Shown here piece after piece: positions 39,088-48,935 of a DNA stretch of 64,000 nucleotides. The stretch's first letter is position 1, and each line of letters begins with the position of its first letter. The DNA lies in NCBI GenBank assembly GCA_037190965.1, contig JBBCKI010000002.1:1-64000 (forward strand), given 5' to 3'. Under the pieces are notes generated by a model. The model did no database searches and had not been told where the DNA came from. It saw only the letters and a program-made list of their open reading frames with translations. The position numbers and the translations under genes are program-made. This stretch comes from Chthoniobacteraceae bacterium. GTDB taxonomy: Bacteria; Verrucomicrobiota; Verrucomicrobiia; Chthoniobacterales; Chthoniobacteraceae.

Positions 39088-41628
39088 CTAAAACTGAATG
39101 GCCGGAGGGGCGTCGAGTTGAATAGTCGACTGCTCGTCAGGAATATCGAGGGTCCGCACCTTTTCGGCACGGCGGATCGGCGGCTCTCCGGGTTCTTCAG
39201 GTTTCGGTTCCTCGGTCTGGGCGGCAGCCTCGACGGGAGTTGATTGCGGATCGGTGGGTGGGATCTCCCTGGGATCATCCGGGCCAACCGCTTCGGCGCG
39301 CCGCACGGGGACACTCCGGATCGCGCCAAACGGATCATCTCCCAGAACCGTCGGAGCCTTCATGGGCGTCGGAACAAAGGTCTCGAGATCGACGGCCAAC
39401 TCAGCGCGGGTCCCCTCGCCGCTTGGCTTGGCGACTTTGACCCGGCGTCCGCCCGGCTCGCCATGCACATCGCACGGATCCTCGGGCGCTTGCTCCGGGG
39501 TCCCCCACTCAAAGTAGGTCGTCTTGTTCTCGAACGTTTCGCCCTCGCCGCCCGTGGTGGTTTCGAAGCATTTGTCAGTGGCCAGCATTCCCGAATCGCG
39601 GCAGATCTCGTACTTCTTCAAAGCGTCGGGACGGGCGATGCCTTCCGCCGGGAAATGAGCAAACGAGGCGTTCATGAAATCGACCCATATCGGGAGCGCG
39701 ATCTCGTTGGAAAAACCCCCCCGATAAATCGCCTGGGGCGAGTCGAACCCTGCCCAGACGCCGCAGGTGACGGCGCTGGAGTAGCCGACAAACCAGACAT
39801 CGGTGAAGTTATAGGCCGTGCCGGTCTTGCCGCCGAGCGGGAATTTCCTCAATCCATACGAGGAAAAGGCCTTATCCGCGCTCCCCCATTCCAACGAATC
39901 GGCCAGCGCGGAATGAACCTCGTAGGCGGTGGACGCCTGGACCACCTGCACAGGTTTGCGCTGGGGCTGTTCGAAGATCACCTGCCCGTCTTTCTGCACG
40001 ACACGTTGGATAACAAATGGCTTCGCGGGGCGCACGCCGCCATTGGGGAACATCGAGAAGGAAAGCGTCAGATCCTCCAGGGTCACCTCGCTGCTGCCCA
40101 GGAAAGTGGCTGGGTAGCGGCGTAGTTCGCTGTCGATGCCCGCTCGCTTGGCAAGATCGAGCACCGCATCGACCCCCGTGGTCATGCCGAGGCGGACGGT
40201 GGCGGCGTTCTTGGATTTCACCAGCGCGTAGTGCGCCGAAATCGGCCCCTCAAAATGATTGTCGACGCGTTCCGGCCCCCACTCGCCAAGCACACCGGTG
40301 GTGCCGCCGATCATGACCTGCCTATTGTCCATCACCGCATCCTGAAACACACTGCCCGGGAAGATCCCTTTCTCAAACCCGGCGGCATAGACGAGCGGGA
40401 GAAACGCCGTGCCGGGAGGGCGGTTGGAGAGGAGCGCGCGGTTGAACTGGTTATGCGCAAAGTTCCGCCCACCCACGAGCGCGAGAACGCCGCCTGTGCG
40501 GTTGTCGAGAGCGTAGAGAGCCCCCTGAAGATAGCTCGGGCCGGGGAGCGGATCGTTGTCCGCCCGTTTGCGGCGCTGGCGGTACATCTGCTCGTATTGC
40601 GCGTAAGTCTGCCGCTGGGTGCCGAAATCGCGACGCTGCTCGACCTCCTCAAGGCGCGTGCGGAGGGTCTTTTCAGCGGTCTTCTGAAGATCCCCGTCAA
40701 TAGTGGTATAAATGCGGTAGCCGTCGCCGTAGACGCTGTCGTTGCTGCCGATCAGGTTGGCCACCTGCTGGCGAACAAACTCGACGGCGTACGATTCGCT
40801 GTAAATCGCCGCCCGGTTTTTCACCGCAAGGTCCTCCTTGAGGGTCGCCTCGTAACGATCCTGCTTGATCAGGTCATTCTCCAACATCCTCCCCAGGACG
40901 AAGTCTCGCGCCGCGATGGATGCCTTCCGGTTTCTCCACGGGGAGAGATTATTGGGGCTGCGAAGCATCCCCGTCAGCGTGGCGCATTCGGAAAGCGTCA
41001 GATCACTGGCCGATTTGCCAAAATAGCCGTGCGCGGCGGCCTCCACCCCGTAGAAGCCCGAACCGAAGTAAACCCGGTTGAAATAGAACTCGAGAATCTG
41101 TGCCTTGGAATAGTGGCTCTCGATCCGTCTCGCCACAAATGCCTCCAGGATCTTGCGACGGAAACTCCGGTCGCTCGGAAGGGCTTCGGCGAAAGAATTG
41201 CGGGCCAACTGCTGGGTGATGGTCGAAGCTCCCTGACGGACTTTTCCAGCCCGGAGATCCTTGATAATGGCGCGTGCGATCCCGATGTAGTCGATGCCCG
41301 AGTGCTGAAAGAAACGGTTGTCTTCAGCGGCGATCAGGGCCGGCACGAGGTCTCCCGCCATCTCCCTGAGCGGAATCGTGTCCCGATTCTGGATATAGAT
41401 CTTCCCGAGGATCTTTTCGTTCCTGTCGTAAACGATGCTCGCCGTCTCCATATCGTCCAGTTTGGACAAGTCGAGAGCGTCGGCGCGGGTTCCATATTCC
41501 ACCTTCAGGTAGACGACTCCCGCAACGGCGAGCAGAAGCCCAAAAAGAGAAAGCACCGCCAGCGCGATGAACCACGCGCGACGGTAAAATGGTTTTGGAG
41601 GCCGGGAATCATGCCACATTCCGTTCAT
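39088..41628 (-). CDS. Class A penicillin-binding protein (PBP1A family)
   Basis: Transglycosylase EDNRFF.H.G, GASTITQQL, RKILE. Transpeptidase SKN and KTG motifs; the SxxK position reads PGTAFLP. Confidence 0.9.
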   Translation of the reverse strand: MNGMWHDSRPPKPFYRRAWFIALAVLSLFGLLLAVAGVVYLKVEYGTRADALDLSKLDDMETASIVYDRNEKILGKIYIQNRDTIPLREMAGDLVPALIAAEDNRFFQHSGIDYIGIARAIIKDLRAGKVRQGASTITQQLARNSFAEALPSDRSFRRKILEAFVARRIESHYSKAQILEFYFNRVYFGSGFYGVEAAAHGYFGKSASDLTLSECATLTGMLRSPNNLSPWRNRKASIAARDFVLGRMLENDLIKQDRYEATLKEDLAVKNRAAIYSESYAVEFVRQQVANLIGSNDSVYGDGYRIYTTIDGDLQKTAEKTLRTRLEEVEQRRDFGTQRQTYAQYEQMYRQRRKRADNDPLPGPSYLQGALYALDNRTGGVLALVGGRNFAHNQFNRALLSNRPPGTAFLPLVYAAGFEKGIFPGSVFQDAVMDNRQVMIGGTTGVLGEWGPERVDNHFEGPISAHYALVKSKNAATVRLGMTTGVDAVLDLAKRAGIDSELRRYPATFLGSSEVTLEDLTLSFSMFPNGGVRPAKPFVIQRVVQKDGQVIFEQPQRKPVQVVQASTAYEVHSALADSLEWGSADKAFSSYGLRKFPLGGKTGTAYNFTDVWFVGYSSAVTCGVWAGFDSPQAIYRGGFSNEIALPIWVDFMNASFAHFPAEGIARPDALKKYEICRDSGMLATDKCFETTTGGEGETFENKTTYFEWGTPEQAPEDPCDVHGEPGGRRVKVAKPSGEGTRAELAVDLETFVPTPMKAPTVLGDDPFGAIRSVPVRRAEAVGPDDPREIPPTDPQSTPVEAAAQTEEPKPEEPGEPPIRRAEKVRTLDIPDEQSTIQLDAPPAIQF

Positions 41629-41787
41629 TAGAGCATTTCCGGCTCAGGATGTCGCAATCATTTTACGGGGGCCAGGGTTTTCCCGGCAAACCGCCCCGGG
41701 GAAGAGAGGTCTACCCCGGGAGGGCACCGGCTTCCTGCTGGATTTTGGCCCGGCAACCTCTACAATCCCCGTTTTTCTAACCTGAAC

Positions 41788-43773
41788 ATGACTACCCCGA
41801 ACGCTCTGAACGCTCTCAACGAAAAGATCCAAGCGGCGGTCGCCGCAGGCCAGCTCCTCGAATCGAGCGCCCGCAACATTGCGCAATTGCTCGCCAGGAG
41901 CAGTTCCCCGGTGGATGAGCAGAGCGTACGGGAACTGGTGGAGACCGGTGCGTGGAGCGAGCTCAACGATCGTTTCTTCAAGACGCTCGCGTTCGGCACC
42001 GGTGGCCTCCGCGGGCGAACGATAGGCAAGGTAGTGACTGCCGCCGAGCGCGGCACTCCGCAGGCGCTGGGGCGGCCTGAATTCCCTTGCGTCGGCACCA
42101 ATGCGATGAATTTCTTCAACATCTCGCGCGCGACGCAAGGGCTGGTGGCGTATCTGCGGGAGTGGTTCGAGCGCGAAGCCCGGCAAGACAAGCCGAAGAT
42201 CGCCATCGGCTATGATTCCCGGCATTTCTCCCGCGAATTTGCGGATCTCGCCGCCCGCGTAGCGAGCGAAAACGGTGTCGACGTGGTCCTCTTTTCCCAG
42301 CCCCGCTCCACCCCGGAAGTCTCCTTCGCCGTGCGCAAAACCGGCGCGAGCGCGGGCATCGTGCTGACCGCCAGCCACAACCCGCCCCACGATAACGGCT
42401 ACAAGGTTTACTTCAACGACGGCGCGCAGGTGGTGGAGCCGCACGCCAGCGGCATCATCGCCAAGGTCAACGCCATCGAGAGTGATCGCTACACCCCGCT
42501 CCCCGAAGCCGCGCGCGGCGTCATCCGCACCGTCGACGCGGAGATCGACGAGCCTTACATGGAGCGTCTGGAAACGCTGGTGCTCGATCCCGCCGTAGTG
42601 CAGGCAGGCCGCGACCTGAAGATCGTCTTCACCCCGATCCACGGAACCGGCGGCGAAATCATCCGGCCGATTCTTCGCAGGCTCGGGTTCCAGTTTTCCG
42701 AAGTCGCCGAGCAGGCGGCTTTCGACGGGCGCTTCCCCACGGTCAAAAGCCCCAACCCGGAGAATGCCGAGGCTCTGGCATTGGCGATCCAGCTTGCCGA
42801 AAAGGAAGGGGCTGACCTCGTCATCGCCACCGACCCCGACTGCGACCGAATGGGCGTCGCGGTCCGCAACTCCGCAGGGGAAATGGAGCTTCTGACCGGC
42901 AACCAGATCGGCTCGCTCATGGCCTGGTATCGCGCCACCACGCTGCTGCGCCAGGGGGTGCTCCATGACGGCAACCTGAGCCGCGGCGTCATCATCAAGA
43001 CGTTCGTCACCACCGACCTTCAGAAAGCGATCGCCACGAAGCTCGGCCTGCGGTGTGTGGAAACGCTCACCGGGTTCAAGTATATCGGCGCGAAGCTTAC
43101 CAAATACGAGCAGGCGCTCCCCGCCGAAGTGCAGGCCCGCTACCGCGATCTTTCGGAAGCGGAAACCCGCGCACTCCGCCTCGCCCATTCGAGCTTCTAC
43201 GTCTTTGGCGGCGAAGAAAGCTATGGATACAGCGGCGCGGACTTCACCCGCGACAAGGATGGCAACGGCGCTGCCGTGATGTTCGCGGAAGTGGCTGCAT
43301 ACGCCAAATCCCGCCACCTCACGCTTGACGCCCTGCTGGATGAAATTTACGCCGAGTTCGGCTTCTATCTGGAAATGAACGGCAGCATGACTTTCGAAGG
43401 CGCGGAGGGCGCGGCGAAGATCAAACGGCTCTCCGAGTCCTACGCCACCCGCACGCCCACCGAACTCGATGGCACAAAAGTCGTGACCGCCACCAATTTC
43501 GCGGTGGAAGAGATTTACGACGGGGAGGGCGATCTTATTCCCAAGGAGGCAATGCTGATCATGGAACTCGCCGACGGCCGCCGGATCGCAGTGCGCCCCT
43601 CCGGCACGGAGCCCAAGATCAAATTCTACCTCTTCGCCCGCCAGGAACCGCCTCCCGGCAAGCAGTTCTCGGGAGAGGAACTCGCCGGTATCAAAAACGA
43701 CGTCTCGGTCTCCCTCGAACAGCTTTGGAAAGCCGTGCAGGCCGACGTCGAGAAGCGGCTGGCGCCCCAGTAA
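41788..43773 (+). CDS. Phosphoglucomutase/phosphomannomutase
   Basis: FGTGGLRG, TASHNP, DPDCDR, GEESYG, RPSGTEPK. Confidence 0.95.
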   Translation: MTTPNALNALNEKIQAAVAAGQLLESSARNIAQLLARSSSPVDEQSVRELVETGAWSELNDRFFKTLAFGTGGLRGRTIGKVVTAAERGTPQALGRPEFPCVGTNAMNFFNISRATQGLVAYLREWFEREARQDKPKIAIGYDSRHFSREFADLAARVASENGVDVVLFSQPRSTPEVSFAVRKTGASAGIVLTASHNPPHDNGYKVYFNDGAQVVEPHASGIIAKVNAIESDRYTPLPEAARGVIRTVDAEIDEPYMERLETLVLDPAVVQAGRDLKIVFTPIHGTGGEIIRPILRRLGFQFSEVAEQAAFDGRFPTVKSPNPENAEALALAIQLAEKEGADLVIATDPDCDRMGVAVRNSAGEMELLTGNQIGSLMAWYRATTLLRQGVLHDGNLSRGVIIKTFVTTDLQKAIATKLGLRCVETLTGFKYIGAKLTKYEQALPAEVQARYRDLSEAETRALRLAHSSFYVFGGEESYGYSGADFTRDKDGNGAAVMFAEVAAYAKSRHLTLDALLDEIYAEFGFYLEMNGSMTFEGAEGAAKIKRLSESYATRTPTELDGTKVVTATNFAVEEIYDGEGDLIPKEAMLIMELADGRRIAVRPSGTEPKIKFYLFARQEPPPGKQFSGEELAGIKNDVSVSLEQLWKAVQADVEKRLAPQ

Positions 43774-43846
43774 TTCCTGGCGGCGACGGGCCGGTGGTCG
43801 CCTGCATTTCCCACCTCGACACGGTTTTCACCCCGCAAGAGGAGGA

Positions 43847-44938
43847 TCAATTCCACCGGAGATAATAACGGGTATACCGTTTTTCCCCGGTTTTGATCAA
43901 AGCGCCCATCGCTACCAATTCATTCAAATCGCGTGTCACCGTCGCCGGTGAAGTTTTCGCGATTCTCAAATAATTTCCGGCGCTCAAACCACCGGTAAAA
44001 CCGTCAATTCCTGCTTCGAAAATCCGGAGCAGGACTTTCTCCTGGCGGGCATTCAGAGCATTCCGGAATCGGTCAAAGAATTTTGTCTTGGCCACGAGAA
44101 ATTCCACCTGTCTGCCAGCCCGTGCCTGTGCTTCCAGAATCACCCCGGCGAAGTATCGTAACCAGGCCGTCACCTCCAGAGACCGGCTCGCCCCGGCCAG
44201 TTGCTCATAATAGAGATTTTTCCGTTTTCCGATTGTCTGCGAAAGCGCAAGCAAGACCGGCTTCCCAAGCGATTGAGAGAGCGATAACTCTGCGATGGCC
44301 CGACCAATCCGTCCGTTCCCGTCTTCAAACGGATGGATCGATTCAAACCAGAGATGGGCGATCGCGCTCCTTGTCAGTGCAGGCACACGACTTCTGCTGC
44401 CATTGAACCAATCAAGAAATCCTTCCATCTCGCGCGACACTCGCGCCGCAGGAGGAGCTTCGAAATGAATCCGGGGGGCATGGATTGGGCCGGAAACAAT
44501 CTGCATTGGGTCTCCGCCAGTTCGGAATTGACCGGTTTCCTTCAAATCCACCCTGCCGCGCACTACCATTTCGTGCCATTGGCACAATCGTTCGATCGTG
44601 AGATTCCCGGCGAAATTCTCGTAAACATCAACCAGCAACTCGGAAACCCCTTGCTCTGCCGGAGAAACCCGCCGTCCGTCTGTGGGCAATCCGAAATGAC
44701 GGCGCACCGAAGATTGCAAACTCTCCCGGTTCAGGATCTCCCCTTCGATTCTGGAGGTTTCCAGAGCTTCATCGCTCAAGAGGTCCACCCGAATTTTATC
44801 CACCTCACCCTCGCCCATATGCATAAAGGCCCCCAATAGAAGCCCTGACCCGTGCAGAAACTCCGTCTCTGCGTCACGGAGCACCTCGGGAGTGTATAAA
44901 AATTCCGGCCAAGCCGTCTGCTGCCAATTCCAAGCCAT
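43847..44938 (-). CDS. Fic-family protein (N-terminal DUF4172-like region, C-terminal HTH)
   Basis: HPFEDGNGRIGR and N-terminal TSRIEG. Confidence 0.92.
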   Translation of the reverse strand: MAWNWQQTAWPEFLYTPEVLRDAETEFLHGSGLLLGAFMHMGEGEVDKIRVDLLSDEALETSRIEGEILNRESLQSSVRRHFGLPTDGRRVSPAEQGVSELLVDVYENFAGNLTIERLCQWHEMVVRGRVDLKETGQFRTGGDPMQIVSGPIHAPRIHFEAPPAARVSREMEGFLDWFNGSRSRVPALTRSAIAHLWFESIHPFEDGNGRIGRAIAELSLSQSLGKPVLLALSQTIGKRKNLYYEQLAGASRSLEVTAWLRYFAGVILEAQARAGRQVEFLVAKTKFFDRFRNALNARQEKVLLRIFEAGIDGFTGGLSAGNYLRIAKTSPATVTRDLNELVAMGALIKTGEKRYTRYYLRWN

Positions 44939-45022
44939 GAGCGATAAGGGAACTTTCTATCCCTCATTTAAGCGCAATTTTTGAGGGATAACAAGCCATT
45001 CAATCCCTCATTCTCCACCTGA

Positions 45023-45859
45023 TCAGCAAGCTCGCCGAGCCCTTGCAGTGCGATACTCCTCCGCGTATCGCAGCTTCTCCGGCAGATGCCGGTAGATACC
45101 CGGAAACCCGGTGCCGGTGAGCCGCCAGGCCGCCTTCGTCCAATTCCGCGAACGCAGGCCAAGCTTTTCCCGCAAGGGAGAAGGGATGATCTCCGTCGCG
45201 AGAAACTCCATCGGCGCAGTCGCCCACGGGAGCCAAAACGGCCTTTCGGGGCGGACGATCCCACGCGCCACCCCTGCGCTGGCCGGGTCGCTCCCGAGCA
45301 GTTCCCCTTCCACCATGGCAAGGTAATAGGCGTGAAACTCGGGCCAGCTTTGCGGGCCGAAACTCCGGTCGAGCCCAAAGAACTCACCCCAAATGTACAT
45401 ATCGTCGAGGTACCGCTGCTTCTCTTCGGGAGAAAGCGGCTCGACAAATCCTTCGAAGAGGTCAATGGCCGTGACCACAAGGGTGGCAAGCACCCAGAGC
45501 TGAAGATCGGCATCGAACGCGGAGTACCCATGCCTCCCCTCCTCTTCCTCACTCCGGACACGCCGGTGAAGATGGGCGATCTTGGCGGCCATTTTCTCCA
45601 CATCATCCCCGGTTCCAAAGGCGATGGTATAAACGGCGGCCAGCGTCCGCTTTAAACGCCCGAGCGCGTCGCGGCGAAAGTCGCTGTGATCCACCACGCC
45701 ACGCGCCACCTTGGGATGGGCGATCTGGAGAATCGCCGCCGCGGGCCCTCCCAGCAGGACGATGCGTTCCCTGTTGATCTTCCAGATCATCGAGCCCGGG
45801 CCAAAAAGTCCTTCCGCCGGAACCTCCGGAAAGTTGGGAATACGGGTCTCTCCGTTCAC
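45023..45859 (-). CDS. Oxygenase MpaB/DUF2236 family protein
   Basis: GLFGPGSMIW, LQIAHP.VA.GV.DHS, RL.RT, LQLWVLATL. Start estimated. Confidence 0.85.
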   Translation of the reverse strand: MNGETRIPNFPEVPAEGLFGPGSMIWKINRERIVLLGGPAAAILQIAHPKVARGVVDHSDFRRDALGRLKRTLAAVYTIAFGTGDDVEKMAAKIAHLHRRVRSEEEEGRHGYSAFDADLQLWVLATLVVTAIDLFEGFVEPLSPEEKQRYLDDMYIWGEFFGLDRSFGPQSWPEFHAYYLAMVEGELLGSDPASAGVARGIVRPERPFWLPWATAPMEFLATEIIPSPLREKLGLRSRNWTKAAWRLTGTGFPGIYRHLPEKLRYAEEYRTARARRAC

Positions 45860-46168
45860 GCGATAATGATGGGCGGTAGTTTCACGGTGCCAAGCCAAAA
45901 GGGGACAGGGCGACCACATCTAGACTGATACGATGGGTCGATGTTCTCGCGCCAAGGACACAAAAGCCGCCAAGAGGAAAAGCATCGAGCGCCCCCGACA
46001 ACACCACGCAGGGTCGAAGGCACCATTTTTAGATCACTTGGCGAGCTTGGCGGCCTTGGCGCGATATCTTCCTGCGGATTGAAGGGGCATTCACTCTGCT
46101 TGCAGCGCGGCCAATCTTGGCGCATACCTTTGGGGCGGCTTTGCTTCACTGAAGCCGCACCTGGAACC

Positions 46169-46471
46169 ATGAGCAACATTAACCTCGACGGCGGCGAAAC
46201 CAGCCTCATCCGCACCCTCGGCTTCGGGGGCGCGCCGATGATGGGCCGCGATTTGAAATCGCGAATGGGCGGCATGGGTGACGCCGAACTTTTCGACATC
46301 CTCCAGACTCTTATCGCGATCGGCTACGTCTGCGCCAATCGCGATCTCTCCCGCCCGGAGGACATCGACCGGGGGACATTTTTCACCAATCCCGGCTATG
46401 CGAAGGAATTGAAGGAAGCCCTTGATCCCCGCGCCAAGGAGCCTCCTACCCGGCGCGCCCGCCGCCAATAA
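46169..46471 (+). CDS. Small hypothetical protein (possible winged helix)
   Basis: Protein-like 100-aa ORF from MSNINLDGGE, immediately upstream of lnt. Confidence 0.65.
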   Translation: MSNINLDGGETSLIRTLGFGGAPMMGRDLKSRMGGMGDAELFDILQTLIAIGYVCANRDLSRPEDIDRGTFFTNPGYAKELKEALDPRAKEPPTRRARRQ

Positions 46472-46482
46472 CGCCCCCCTTG

Positions 46483-48096
46483 ATGTCACGCACCTGGCCA
46501 TGGTTGGCTGCTCTCCTGAGCGGCGTTCTCCTGACCCTCTGCCTTCCACCCTGGGATCAGGGGTGGTTGTGCTGGATCGCGCTCACGCCGCTGATCGCCG
46601 CCATCTGGTTTGGAAAACCGGCGGATACGGAGGCCATCCGCGCGACGCCGCGCTGGAGACGTTTTTTGCGCCGACCAACCGGCCGGGCCGCGCTGCTGGG
46701 GTATGTCACCGGTCTGGTTTTCTTTTGGTGGGCCTTCTTTTGGCTGACCACCGTGACCGGCATCGGCTGGTTCATCCTCGCCTTCTACCTCGCACTTTAC
46801 CCTGCGGTGTGGGCCGCGTTTCTGGCGGCCGCCAGTGAAAGCGCGGAGGACTTTACCCGTTCAGGCCTCAATCTCCGGCTGGCCGCAAGCGGAGCGGCGG
46901 CATGGACCGCCTTGGAGTGGGTGCGCGGCTGGCTCTTCAGCGGCTTTGGCTGGAATAATCTCGGCACCGCGTTGCACGAAAACCTTGCGTTCATCCAGAT
47001 CGTCGAGTTCACCGGCGTGGGTGGGCTTTCGTTCCTTGTCGCCTTCACCAATCTCATCGCCGTCATCACGGTGAAGCGATTCCTTGCCGAAATTCACCAC
47101 CGGAAAATCCGTCCACACTGGGACTTCAGCCTGAACATGGCGCTCATCGTCGGTGTCTTTCTCTTCGGCGTCCGCACCCTGTTCCAGCCGCCCATCGAGG
47201 GCACAACGCCCCTGCGGGTGGCGGCGGTGCAGCCCAATATCCCGCAGAACGAAAAGGCCGATCTCGCTTTCGAAAAATCCGTCTTCGAGCGGCTGACGTT
47301 CCTGACGGAATCCGCGCTGGCGTGGAATCCGGAGCTCCTGGTCTGGCCGGAGGCCGCCACGGTGCGCGGCATGTTCGTGGACGAAACCAATTACGCCTTC
47401 GTCCATCAGTTTGCCGCGCGCGGAGAGGTCAATTTCCTCTTCGGCACCGTCGATTTCGACGCCGAGCAACGCGATTACAACGTCGCCGCACTGCTGACCC
47501 AACAGGGCAAATTGCTCCAGATCTACCGCAAAATGCACCTGGTGCCCTTCGGCGAGTATATCCCGTTCCGGCATTCCTTCCCGTTGTTCGCCTGGATTGT
47601 CGGCGACCTCGTTCCCGCCGACTACAGCCCCGGGCGGCATTACTCCATCTTGCGCCTGAGCAAGCCCGACCTCAAGGCCGCCGCGCTGGTCTGTTTTGAA
47701 GATACGCTCGGCGAGCTAACCCGCCGTTTCGTGCTCGGCGGGGCGCAATTGCTGGTCAACGTCACCAACGACGGCTGGTTCCTGAAGAGCCCCGCCTCAC
47801 GCCAGCACCTTGCCAACGCCGTTTTTCGCGCGGTGGAAAACCGTCGTCCGCTGGTGCGGGCCGCCAATACCGGCGTCACCGCGTTTATCAACCCGACGGG
47901 ACGAATCACCAGCCGGTTCGACGACGTGTTTGCCGAGGGAGTTCTTACCGAAGAGATTCAAATCCCACCGGAAAGTGCCCGGGTGACGTTTTATACCCGT
48001 CGCGGCGAAATTTTTTCCCACGTGTGCACCGCCTTCAGCCTGTTCGCGGTCGCTTTGATGACCCTACAGGCACGCCGACGCCCCACCCCGCAATGA
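46483..48096 (+). CDS. lnt: Apolipoprotein N-acyltransferase
   Basis: TM N-terminus, VWPE, YRKMHLVPFGEY, VCFE, TNDGWF, RAANTG. Confidence 0.95.
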   Translation: MSRTWPWLAALLSGVLLTLCLPPWDQGWLCWIALTPLIAAIWFGKPADTEAIRATPRWRRFLRRPTGRAALLGYVTGLVFFWWAFFWLTTVTGIGWFILAFYLALYPAVWAAFLAAASESAEDFTRSGLNLRLAASGAAAWTALEWVRGWLFSGFGWNNLGTALHENLAFIQIVEFTGVGGLSFLVAFTNLIAVITVKRFLAEIHHRKIRPHWDFSLNMALIVGVFLFGVRTLFQPPIEGTTPLRVAAVQPNIPQNEKADLAFEKSVFERLTFLTESALAWNPELLVWPEAATVRGMFVDETNYAFVHQFAARGEVNFLFGTVDFDAEQRDYNVAALLTQQGKLLQIYRKMHLVPFGEYIPFRHSFPLFAWIVGDLVPADYSPGRHYSILRLSKPDLKAAALVCFEDTLGELTRRFVLGGAQLLVNVTNDGWFLKSPASRQHLANAVFRAVENRRPLVRAANTGVTAFINPTGRITSRFDDVFAEGVLTEEIQIPPESARVTFYTRRGEIFSHVCTAFSLFAVALMTLQARRRPTPQ

Positions 48097-48920
48097 TCTC
48101 CGAATCCCCTGCTCGACCGGCGATTCCATCCACAAACAAAGCCCTCGCCAAGGCGCTGGTCATTTCGATTCACGACGTCTCGCCCCTCACCCGCGAAGCC
48201 ACGGCGCGGATTCTGGAGCGGCTTGCCGAAATGGGGGCGACCCCGTGTTCCCTCCTGGTCGTCCCCGATCACCACGGGCGGGGCCATTTTCTCGACGACC
48301 CGGATTTCTGCGCTTGGCTCAAAGAACGCGTCGATTCCGGCGACGAACCGGTCATTCACGGCTACTTTCATCGCCGCGATCGAAAGCCTCAGGAATCGGC
48401 GCGCGTCAGGCTGGCCACCCGTTTTTACACGGCGGATGAGGGCGAATTCTTCGACATCTCCGGGGCCGATGCCCTAAGGCTTGTCAGCCAGGCGCGGGAC
48501 GATTTCCGCAAGCTCAGGCTCGACCCCGGCGGTTTTATTGCCCCGGCCTGGCTTTTAAGCGAAGGCGGCGAGCTTGCCTTGCGGAAGCTCGGCTTCGATT
48601 ACACCACCCGCCTGGGCACTGTCACCGATCTTCCTTCCGGGCGCACCTGCGCCTCCCAGTCGCTCGTCTGGAGCGTCCGCAGCACGTGGCGACGAGGCCT
48701 GAGCCGCCTTTGGAACAAGTCGCTTTTCCGCAGGCTCAAGACCGCGCCGCTCCTCAGGATCGGCATCCATCCCGTCGACATCGAGCACCGCGCCGTTTGG
48801 CGGCAAATTGAAGAACTCACCCAACGCGCGCTTGCCGACCGCACCCCACTCACTTATCAGCAATGGATCGAAACCAGTCGACCTAGAACGTATTCACGAA
48901 TTGAGAAGCAAATTCGTTAA
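48093..48920 (+). CDS. DUF2334 / polysaccharide deacetylase-like protein
   Basis: ISIHDVSP, HGYFH, EGEF, GFIAPAW, RIGIHP. ATGA overlap with lnt. Confidence 0.85.
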   Translation: MISESPARPAIPSTNKALAKALVISIHDVSPLTREATARILERLAEMGATPCSLLVVPDHHGRGHFLDDPDFCAWLKERVDSGDEPVIHGYFHRRDRKPQESARVRLATRFYTADEGEFFDISGADALRLVSQARDDFRKLRLDPGGFIAPAWLLSEGGELALRKLGFDYTTRLGTVTDLPSGRTCASQSLVWSVRSTWRRGLSRLWNKSLFRRLKTAPLLRIGIHPVDIEHRAVWRQIEELTQRALADRTPLTYQQWIETSRPRTYSRIEKQIR

Positions 48921-48935
48921 TACGCCCTAAAGCGC

